From assembly GCA_013287855.1 (NCBI GenBank), contig JABDCY010000001.1, forward strand, positions 2,277 to 66,276: a DNA stretch of 64,000 nucleotides. Direction: 5' to 3'. Under the pieces are notes generated by a model. That model searched no databases. It was not told the DNA's origin and saw only the letters and a program-made list of their open reading frames with translations. Position numbers and translations under genes: made by a program. Shown here piece after piece: positions 55,422-63,185 of the stretch. The DNA is from Candidatus Babelota bacterium (lineage in GTDB: Bacteria; Babelota; Babeliae; Babelales; Vermiphilaceae). Positions within the stretch are counted from its first letter, which is position 1, and every line of letters starts with the position of its first letter.

Positions 55422-56480
55422 ATGATGAAGCCTAATAAAATATCCATTTTTATTTTTATATTTTTGACTTTGAATGGCTATTCTGCAGATGCACATCAAC
55501 CAGAATTAACGTTATGGCAAGTAAAAGTTGGTTCAGCATTGCATAAAGACTTCTTGCAAACTCTTATAAATATTTTTGGTGTTGATGTTTTTGTTGAAAG
55601 TGGGACCTATATAGGGGATAGCACCGCCATTGCAGCCACATGCTTTAAAGAGGTCCATACCATAGAATTGGGACAGCAGTTATATCAAGCCGCAAAGGAG
55701 CGTTTCAGAAATCAAGCCAATGTTCATCTCTATCTAGGTGATTCCTCAAAAGTACTGGATAAAATTCTAAAGACCCTTAAAGGAAATATTCTTTTTTGGC
55801 TGGATGGACATTATAGCGGTGGTAATACCGCTCTTGGTGATTCCAATACACCTATACTTCAGGAGCTTGCGGCAATCAAAAATTGCGGTATTACCGATTC
55901 GATTATTCTCATCGATGATATGCGACTATTCAGAAACTTCAAAAACAATTCCGATTCTAACATAAATGGTTATCCAACAATAGAAGACCTGCAACACGCT
56001 CTCTTTACTATCAATCCTCAATACCAAATTCTCATCATGGGCGATATCGCGCTCGCGTATCCACATAAATTTTTCATCGCTCTTTCACCGGTTTTGCAGG
56101 CATGCACTCAAAGCCGTTGCTCAGATAAATTTACTTTTGATCAAATTCTTGTTGCTGATAAAACTATCGGCTCAGCTAGCGGCAGCGAACGTACTGCCAT
56201 AGTAGATTTAGTACAAAGATTTCCTAATGCTAATGGATATTACCATCTTTTATATGGTCTTGTTTGTGAGCAAGAAAAATCTTATCAAGAGGCATATAAT
56301 CATTACATAACTGCACTAAACAATGAGTTCAATAACTGGCGGGCATGGTTATATGCTGCACGCGTTGCTCATAAAGTGAATAATAAACAACTCATGGAAT
56401 TGACATTGCAAGAAGCAATAAAACAACAAACAAATGTTACTAAAGAAAAATTATGGTTGGCTATAACGGAAGAAAAATAA
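55422..56480 (+). CDS. putative methyltransferase-fold protein with leader and C-terminal TPR-like helical region
   Basis: AGGAG SD. Leader KISIFIFIFLTLNGYSADA. FVESGTYIGDST (motif I-like), WLDGHYSGG, IILIDDMRLF. C-terminal YHLLYGLVCEQEKSYQEAYNHYITAL. Confidence 0.4.
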   Translation: MMKPNKISIFIFIFLTLNGYSADAHQPELTLWQVKVGSALHKDFLQTLINIFGVDVFVESGTYIGDSTAIAATCFKEVHTIELGQQLYQAAKERFRNQANVHLYLGDSSKVLDKILKTLKGNILFWLDGHYSGGNTALGDSNTPILQELAAIKNCGITDSIILIDDMRLFRNFKNNSDSNINGYPTIEDLQHALFTINPQYQILIMGDIALAYPHKFFIALSPVLQACTQSRCSDKFTFDQILVADKTIGSASGSERTAIVDLVQRFPNANGYYHLLYGLVCEQEKSYQEAYNHYITALNNEFNNWRAWLYAARVAHKVNNKQLMELTLQEAIKQQTNVTKEKLWLAITEEK

Positions 56481-56500
56481 GCCTTAAAAAAAGGATTGTA

Positions 56501-57385
56501 ATGAACGTACTCCATAAATTTTATACGATGATGCTGTGCTCAATTGTTTGTTTTGCATTAATTGACGCTAAGGAAAAAGTTCTCATTTTCACACAAGTAT
56601 ATAATCGCCCTGATTTTATTGAACTTCATGCAAAAACATTCAAAGCCTTTATGCAAGATGAGTATGAATATGTTGTTTTTAACGATGCAAATGATCCAAA
56701 TATGCAATATCAAATTGAACGAACATGTTCAAAATTAGGCATTCGATGCTTTAAAATTCCCTATAATCCAGATACTCGTCCCGGATGGCGCCATATTGCC
56801 GGAATTAAATATTCATTTGAAACCATCGGCTTTGACTTTGATGGTATCGTAATGCTCGTTGATTCCGACATGTTCTTGGTAAAACCATTTAGCGCAAATA
56901 AGTATATGGAAGGATATGATCTAATAGGCGGGGCAGATTCACGAGAGAATGACAGAATAAAAGTATCATATTTGATGCCAACTTTGGTGTTCATTAACAT
57001 GAAAACAGCGCCAAATAAACGAACTCTCAATTTTTATGGTGGCCATGTTGAAGGCCTGCCTTGCGATGTTGGTGGCCACACCTATTATTATTTAAAAAAT
57101 AATCCAACCTTGCGTTATCGTTTATTTACTTATCTATCCCTTCAAGGCCTCGTGGATAAAAATACTTCCTGGCTACAAGCGCTAGGTTTTGATGATCATT
57201 CTATTAATTTTATTCGCACAACTGATTATCATTATGGTTTTCAATTCCACGCCGAATCCTACTTCATGCATTACTACGCAGGCGGATCAAATTGGCCAGG
57301 ATACTCGCAGGATTACTTACATATAAAAAATGTAATGTTACATAATTATATCGATACGCAAATGCGCAACTATCACGTGTCATAA
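56501..57385 (+). CDS. putative GT-A-type glycosyltransferase with leader (DXD)
   Basis: ATG at 56501 after AAGGA. Leader MNVLHKFYTMMLCSIVCFALIDA. LIFTQVYNRPDFIELH, VVFNDAND and MLVDSDMFLV (DXD). Confidence 0.45.
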   Translation: MNVLHKFYTMMLCSIVCFALIDAKEKVLIFTQVYNRPDFIELHAKTFKAFMQDEYEYVVFNDANDPNMQYQIERTCSKLGIRCFKIPYNPDTRPGWRHIAGIKYSFETIGFDFDGIVMLVDSDMFLVKPFSANKYMEGYDLIGGADSRENDRIKVSYLMPTLVFINMKTAPNKRTLNFYGGHVEGLPCDVGGHTYYYLKNNPTLRYRLFTYLSLQGLVDKNTSWLQALGFDDHSINFIRTTDYHYGFQFHAESYFMHYYAGGSNWPGYSQDYLHIKNVMLHNYIDTQMRNYHVS

Positions 57386-57461
57386 TTACTTATCGGCGTA
57401 TTGTTTTCCAGAATAGTATTTACGATTTATTTGGATGCAGACATAAATTCATTTTTATGTC

Positions 57462-57491
57462 TTGACAAGGGAAGTCGCCATCGTCTATGAG
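57462..57491 (+). promoter_or_regulatory. candidate sigma70-type promoter for the 57565 gene
   Basis: TTGACA (57462-57467), an 18-nt spacer, then TATGAG (57486-57491). Preceded by hairpin agacataaa/ttatgtct. By-eye match only. Confidence 0.3.
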
Positions 57492-57564
57492 TAGAGTATA
57501 GCAAAGAAAATAGGCTATGCTTTTTCATTGTTTTCTTAAGTTAATTTTATAAAAGGATTTTGGC

Positions 57565-58266
57565 ATGAGAATTTTAACCTTTGTCGTTTTGTTAACCTGG
57601 TTCATAATGTCAAACGCCCAACTTGTTCAGCATAACATGGCCCAGGTTTTACATGTTCCAGAAGTATTGGCGGCCCACATGATTGAAAGAATCGGGTACA
57701 TTGATCGGCTCAACACCAGTCATGCGCCATATTACCCTATTTTGTCGAATGCGTTTTTGAAAGAGCGTGGCTATAAAATTGGTTGTGAAATTGGTGTTTT
57801 TACGGCCGGGCATGCCGCATTTATCTTAGCAAACACCGCGGTAGAAAAATTATATTGTGTTGATTCATACATTGCACCTATGCATATTGTTACTACCATC
57901 ACTGATGGATTTGACAGGCGTTACTGGCAAGCATGTTGGGACACAATGTACCATTACGCGGTAGACAAACTTTCTGCATTTGGCAAGCGGGCATACTTCA
58001 TTCGAATGTCAGCAGCGCAAGCAGCTAGCATGATTGCCGATCATAGCCTTGACTTTATATTTATCGACGGCGATCATTCCTATGCTGGAGCCTTATCAGA
58101 TTGCGGCAACTATTACGACAAAGTTCGCTCTGGCGGCATGATCGCCGGCGACGATTATAACATCGATGATGTTGGTCGCGCTGTACGCGATTTCTTTGGA
58201 CAAAAGAAGCTCGTCATTAATGTCTATCCAGGACAGCAAAGATTTTGGTGGGTAGAAAAACCATAA
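57565..58266 (+). CDS. class I SAM-dependent methyltransferase (Methyltransf_24/CmcI-like) with leader
   Basis: Leader MRILTFVVLLTWFIMSNA. GCEIGVFTAGHA, LDFIFIDGDHSYAG and GGMIAGDDY. Confidence 0.6.
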   Translation: MRILTFVVLLTWFIMSNAQLVQHNMAQVLHVPEVLAAHMIERIGYIDRLNTSHAPYYPILSNAFLKERGYKIGCEIGVFTAGHAAFILANTAVEKLYCVDSYIAPMHIVTTITDGFDRRYWQACWDTMYHYAVDKLSAFGKRAYFIRMSAAQAASMIADHSLDFIFIDGDHSYAGALSDCGNYYDKVRSGGMIAGDDYNIDDVGRAVRDFFGQKKLVINVYPGQQRFWWVEKP

Positions 58267-58290
58267 GCATTTTGAAAAAAATCTTAAAGC

Positions 58291-58986
58291 TCAACATCTG
58301 ACATAGGCTTCATTGGGAGCACCCGTTGAAACACTGCTGCCAAACACGTTAACTTCTATATCGAGATTTTCAACATACAGAACTTTAAAATTTTTATTTT
58401 TATTTTTTTTCCTAAGAACATACTTGGCAACTTCACGTTCAAGATTAATCATTTGGTCTTCCATAACCCAATAATTAATATTTTGCAGCATTTCTTGAAG
58501 ATACTTGCATTTCATGGCAAATCCTAAAGTATAAGCCTGTGCTGTTGGCCAGTGAATTTTTATTATTGCATCATAATCGGAACTGTTTTCCACAAGTTTT
58601 AAAAATCTATCAGAGATAAAGCGATAACGACCTGTCATTTTTAATATCATATCCTCAGGATTAAAATTAAAGTAACCGATTGCTTCTAGCATCGTTTGCG
58701 CTTCGTTGATGCCTTTATTTCTTAAATTGGGATTATTAGTTGTAGCATAAAATACATGGTTACTGTAATCGTCAAGGAACGTGGGTCCGTGCTTTTTTAG
58801 CGCTTCCACAATATAAAAATCATGATAGCCAAAATTGTCCAAACCAGTGAAATTGGTTATGTACTGCTGTCTTCTAAATTCAAAATATGCGTCCGTCAAT
58901 GCAGCTGTTAAGAGAATGTGCATTTTACCAAAACAGGGAAAAACAACTAAGATCAGTACTATTGATAATGCGCTTTGTTTTTGCAT
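58291..58986 (-). CDS. leader-bearing protein of unknown family (tandem paralog 1)
   Basis: ATG at 58986 after GAGGAA. Collinear with the 58998-59693 product, e.g. NFGY.DFYIVEAL.KHGPT.L..Y.NHVFYAT.NNP.L.N.GINEA.T.LEA and DMILK.TGRY.F. Confidence 0.55.
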   Translation of the reverse strand: MQKQSALSIVLILVVFPCFGKMHILLTAALTDAYFEFRRQQYITNFTGLDNFGYHDFYIVEALKKHGPTFLDDYSNHVFYATTNNPNLRNKGINEAQTMLEAIGYFNFNPEDMILKMTGRYRFISDRFLKLVENSSDYDAIIKIHWPTAQAYTLGFAMKCKYLQEMLQNINYWVMEDQMINLEREVAKYVLRKKNKNKNFKVLYVENLDIEVNVFGSSVSTGAPNEAYVRC

Positions 58987-58997
58987 GAACGTTTTCC

Positions 58998-59693
58998 TCA
59001 ATAATGTATGACCTCATTCGATCCTGGCGCCGTTGTACTACCATAGGTGCTACCGGTAATATCTAATTGAGGAACATACAGAACTTTAAACTTTCCTTGC
59101 CTTTCTTTTTGCAGCACATAATCACCGACTGCTTTCTCTAAGATCACCCAATGGTGTTCCATGGCGTGATAATCCAAATGCTCATACATGTCTTGTAAGT
59201 GTTTGCATTTCATGGCAAAACATACTACATAAACTTGTCCTGATGGCGCATGAATTCTCAGAATAGCGTCATAGTCAGAATTATTTTCTATCATTTTTAA
59301 AAAATAGTCAGAACCAAAGTGATATCTACCAGTACACTTTAGTATCATGTCATCTGGAGCAAAATTAAAGTGGTACGTTGCTTCAAGAATAGTTCTCGCT
59401 TCATTTATACCATTATTTTTGAGATGTGGATTGTTAACCGTTGCATAAAAAACGTGATTACAATAATTTTCTAGATAGGTTGGCCCATGTTTTTGCAATG
59501 CTTCGACAATGTAAAAATCTTTGTAACCAAAATTTGTTAAGACATTAAATGTTTCAAGGTATTGTTTTTGTCTAAATTCTGCGTACACATTATTAGTCAG
59601 TGCAGCGCTTAATAAAATTTTTAATTGTCCGCTACATGACATCACTATCGCACTGATGAGAATAAGTAACGATACTTTATTATACAATCTCAT
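58998..59693 (-). CDS. leader-bearing protein of unknown family (tandem paralog 2)
   Basis: ATG at 59693; the ORF is open to TTG 59717. Leader VSLLILISAIVMSC. See paralog 1. Confidence 0.55.
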   Translation of the reverse strand: MRLYNKVSLLILISAIVMSCSGQLKILLSAALTNNVYAEFRQKQYLETFNVLTNFGYKDFYIVEALQKHGPTYLENYCNHVFYATVNNPHLKNNGINEARTILEATYHFNFAPDDMILKCTGRYHFGSDYFLKMIENNSDYDAILRIHAPSGQVYVVCFAMKCKHLQDMYEHLDYHAMEHHWVILEKAVGDYVLQKERQGKFKVLYVPQLDITGSTYGSTTAPGSNEVIHY

Positions 59694-60936
59694 AAAATTT
59701 TTCCTGTTTTTCGACAATTTGTTTAAGAATTTTCTTCATAGGCTCTAATGGCACGGTCACATGAGAATCAGCAAACGTAAAGCGCGTAGGTACAACCCAA
59801 TAATTTGCACCGGCAATACTCGACAACCACCAACACCATTCACAACCACTGTCATTAATACCCTGTGGATTCGCAAGATAAGCTAACTCTGGATGAATCT
59901 CAATAACTGATGCACCTGGATTTGCATATAGCACATTAGTCAATCCGCTTGCCATAACACCAATGATTAATCGGGCATTGTTAAAAATTTTAATCTGTTC
60001 GCTTACGCTCATGCTCGCATCAAATATCAAAATTTCGTATCCCTTATGTGCAAAACTCTCGTTTACCGTCCTCACAAGTTCAGCTAAATTTAAAATGCGA
60101 CGATCCGCTTCTCTTCTTTGAATAATCACAACCAAATTATTTTTGTATTCACGCGAAGAGGGTTTTTGATAGGCAGCTTCTATAAGCTCAGATCTCAACT
60201 CTGATAAAAGTTTTTTTGGGATGGGTTCCATCAAAAATGGGGTTGCAAAATAAAGAGTTTCTGCGTGATATAAAGCATTGCTATTGGCAACAATAACTTG
60301 ATCTGAAGGAATTCCTAATAGGTGTAGGTATTCATGTACATAGCCCGCCACACTATTATGTTGATTATGTATAACTAATTTAATAGTAGGATCTTGCAAA
60401 ATAAATTTTCTTAATAGTAGTATACTGGGCAGCCTATCGATGACCCAGTGATAGTATAAAGTTGGTCCTTGCACCGTAGCAAGTTTATCATGATATAGCA
60501 CTGCCATATGCATTACGTCTTGCTGAAGATTCCAGAATATAGGAATACCAGGAGCAACTTTGATATCAAAAAGAAACTCTTGTTGATAATCAAAAACCGT
60601 TCCTAACTGGCGTGGTGATGTAAAGGCTGAGTGCAATTTAGCGACATATGTATTTTTCAAACTTTTTATGCCATATGATTGTGGATTATTCCAATCAAAT
60701 GTTGAATTTAATGTCTTTAAATGCCCACTATCCAACGCATTAGGTTGTGCGCCATATGCCACCGTATCTTCATACTCTGGAAATTTTATAAGATCGATTC
60801 CTACCGCATCACGAATGTTATAAATTTTTTTTAATGCATTAGGGTTAGGAACAGAATATAAATCGGTACCATACAACAGAACTATGAAAATAAAAAAATT
60901 ATATACTGTATTATTATTGTGTTTACTGTGAAACAT
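59680..60936 (-). CDS. GT61-family (DUF563) glycosyltransferase with N-terminal anchor
   Basis: YYHWVIDRLPSILLL and IIGVMASGLTNVLYANPGASVIEIHP match the two GT61/DUF563 signature regions. Anchor VYNFFIFIVLLYGTDLY. Confidence 0.7.
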   Translation of the reverse strand: MFHSKHNNNTVYNFFIFIVLLYGTDLYSVPNPNALKKIYNIRDAVGIDLIKFPEYEDTVAYGAQPNALDSGHLKTLNSTFDWNNPQSYGIKSLKNTYVAKLHSAFTSPRQLGTVFDYQQEFLFDIKVAPGIPIFWNLQQDVMHMAVLYHDKLATVQGPTLYYHWVIDRLPSILLLRKFILQDPTIKLVIHNQHNSVAGYVHEYLHLLGIPSDQVIVANSNALYHAETLYFATPFLMEPIPKKLLSELRSELIEAAYQKPSSREYKNNLVVIIQRREADRRILNLAELVRTVNESFAHKGYEILIFDASMSVSEQIKIFNNARLIIGVMASGLTNVLYANPGASVIEIHPELAYLANPQGINDSGCEWCWWLSSIAGANYWVVPTRFTFADSHVTVPLEPMKKILKQIVEKQEKFYEIV

Positions 60937-61834
60937 GTCCCATGCCCTTTAATAATTTTGCCAAAGCGTCTTTAATATGAGATATATTTGGATACAATTT
61001 CAAAAGTTTCGCAGCACTCAACTCCGCATTTGCGCGTCGAGCTTTCAACATCGCATCTTGTTCTTGAATGGTAAAATTTTCCCACGTATGATTTGGGTCA
61101 ACATATTTTTTATACATGTCCAAAACTTCATTGTGCGACATAGCGCCAGGGTTCACAAAATTATAATTCCCTTTTAATTCTCGCAATGTCATGTCCACCG
61201 CAATAGGTAAAAGATCATCTAATATGCATAAAGAGTTAGGCACATTAATGAGCTTTTTATATTTAATAATTTTACCCACAAAACCTACGTCTGGATCGGT
61301 AGAAATAGGCATTTTAACGCGTAAATTAAGCACGTTTGGATATTCGAGCATTAATTTTTCCAACAAAATTTTAGTACGTGAATAAAATGAGCCGTTAAAA
61401 TTAGGCTCATCTTCTTCGGTAAATCCAATGCCGCTGTACATTGGGTGCTGCGCATCATACTCATAAATGCAGCCGGTACTAATATTAGTTATGTGTATAT
61501 TATGCAGGAAAGCAATATCGATAAGATTCAAGGTGCCAATCACGTTAACACGCAAAGTTTCTTGTTTGTGCGTCTCGCACCAATCAACATTCGGTTTTCC
61601 TGTAATGCCCGCGGTATTAATAATGTAATCTGGTTTAACTTGAGTAATTTCTGCACTAATAGCTTCCCGGTTTTCTAAACGTGACTGTGCACAAACAGGA
61701 TTGTGGCCAAGCTCTTGTAAAATTCTTACAATTTTTTGTCCAATCCAACCACTTTTACCACCAAAGACTAAAACCGTTTTGGGCAGTGTTAATGTTGAAA
61801 TACAACACAGCAAAAAAACAAGTAATTTTTTCAC
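60923..61834 (-). CDS. NRS/ER-type NDP-4-keto-6-deoxyhexose 3,5-epimerase/4-reductase (plant UER1 / giant-virus type) with N-terminal leader
   Basis: Collinear with Arabidopsis NRS/ER as recalled: GKSGWIG / GKTGWIG; TGKPNVDWCETHKQETLRVNVIGTLNL / TGRPNVDWCESHKVETIRTNVAGTLTL; STGCIYEYDAQHPMYSGIGFTEEDEPNFNGSFYSRTK / ATGCIFEYDSGHPLGSGIGFKEEDTPNFTGSFYSKTK; NLRVKMPIS / TLRVRMPIS; IPNSLCILDDLLPIAVDM...YNFVNPGAMSHNEVLDMYKKYVDPNHTWENFT. GTG start 7 nt after GGAG. Leader MKKLLVFLLCCISTLTL. Confidence 0.85.
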   Translation of the reverse strand: MKKLLVFLLCCISTLTLPKTVLVFGGKSGWIGQKIVRILQELGHNPVCAQSRLENREAISAEITQVKPDYIINTAGITGKPNVDWCETHKQETLRVNVIGTLNLIDIAFLHNIHITNISTGCIYEYDAQHPMYSGIGFTEEDEPNFNGSFYSRTKILLEKLMLEYPNVLNLRVKMPISTDPDVGFVGKIIKYKKLINVPNSLCILDDLLPIAVDMTLRELKGNYNFVNPGAMSHNEVLDMYKKYVDPNHTWENFTIQEQDAMLKARRANAELSAAKLLKLYPNISHIKDALAKLLKGMGHVSQ

Positions 61835-61848
61835 GCTACAACTCCAAC

Positions 61849-62952
61849 TTATTTTTTATAATCTTCCAAAACTCCCCATTGTAGAAATAATTTTGCAACT
61901 TCATCTTTTGATACCACGGCCATATCTGAACTGTATTCAGGCAGAATGTGTACATCTACCGGCTTGCCTTCACGTATATATATCGGCGGAGTTTGATGTT
62001 TATAATAGAGATTTATCACCGATGGCCTTATAATAAATCGTCCGGCAAATTCGTAGGTTCGAGCCATTTCTGCTTGACTAATTAATGCTTCATGTAATTT
62101 TTCACCTGGTCGCAAACCGATGAGCTTAATCGTATTATTTCCGTGGAATGCTTCTTTTAATATTTCAATGAGATCCGTAACTTTATGAGCGGGCATCCTG
62201 GTGACAAATATTTCTCCACCAATGCCATAGCGCAATGCATCAAATATTAATGCAACTGCTTCATCTTTGGTTATCATAAAGCGCGTCATGCGCTCATCAG
62301 TTAAAGGGATATCATCACCATTTTTTATTTTCTCGGTAAATATTGGTATTGCCGAACCCGTGCTTTCAAGAACATTACCATAACGAGCAACCACAAATTT
62401 TGTTGTTATTTTTGATGGATCATAATTAGTAAATATTTTTTCGCTCGCAAATTTACACGCACCATAAATATTAATAGGAGAACAAGCTTTATCGGTTGAA
62501 ATAAAGACCAACCTGTTGACACTATTTTCAACACAGGCATTAAAAACATTTATCGAACCAAGAATATTAGTTTTGATCGATTGTTCGACATTACTTTCTA
62601 ATATATCGATGCGCTTCAAGGCTGCTACATGAAATACTACATCCGCATGCTTTGTGGCATATAACACGTCTTGGTAATCTCTAATATCACCAATAATAAA
62701 TTTGATTTTGGGATTGTTACCAAATAACTTAGACATGTTGAAATGTTTAACTTCATCACGACTAAAAATAGTTATGCTTGCCGGGTTATATTGCAATAAC
62801 TTCTCGGTGATAGCTCGGCCCAAAAAACCAGTACCACCTAAGACAACAATGTTTTTATTTTCGAAAAGTGCATGATTGTCTGGCGATGCGAAGACACAAG
62901 TGACTGCTAACGAAATTATACAAAATAAAAATTTGGAAAAATTTTTTTTCAT
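61849..62952 (-). CDS. CapD/PseB-type UDP-HexNAc (or UDP-hexose) 4,6-dehydratase (extended SDR) with N-terminal leader
   Basis: VLGGTGFLG, IFSRDEVKH, FIGDIRD, HVAALKRI, IKTNILGSINVFNAC, ISTDKACSPINIYGACK, RYGNV, LTDERMTRF and GLRPGEKLHE are collinear with PseB/FlaA1 as recalled. Leader MKKNFSKFLFCIISLAVTCVFA. Confidence 0.8.
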   Translation of the reverse strand: MKKNFSKFLFCIISLAVTCVFASPDNHALFENKNIVVLGGTGFLGRAITEKLLQYNPASITIFSRDEVKHFNMSKLFGNNPKIKFIIGDIRDYQDVLYATKHADVVFHVAALKRIDILESNVEQSIKTNILGSINVFNACVENSVNRLVFISTDKACSPINIYGACKFASEKIFTNYDPSKITTKFVVARYGNVLESTGSAIPIFTEKIKNGDDIPLTDERMTRFMITKDEAVALIFDALRYGIGGEIFVTRMPAHKVTDLIEILKEAFHGNNTIKLIGLRPGEKLHEALISQAEMARTYEFAGRFIIRPSVINLYYKHQTPPIYIREGKPVDVHILPEYSSDMAVVSKDEVAKLFLQWGVLEDYKK

Positions 62953-63185
62953 GTTACTAGCCCCCCTTTAAAATAACTTTCCCCAAAGTTATTTTTGCCT
63001 CATGAAATTATTTGACGATTCAAGTATGAAATTTTATTTATTTGCGCGTCAAGGGTCTCACACAAAAACCCATTATTTTACGATAAAATTTAACATTAGA
63101 AAAATTTGTATTGAAAATATCTGATATTTTTATTTAATATAATTTTAAGTTTTTAGACTCGTCATAAAATTTCAAGGGGGGAATT

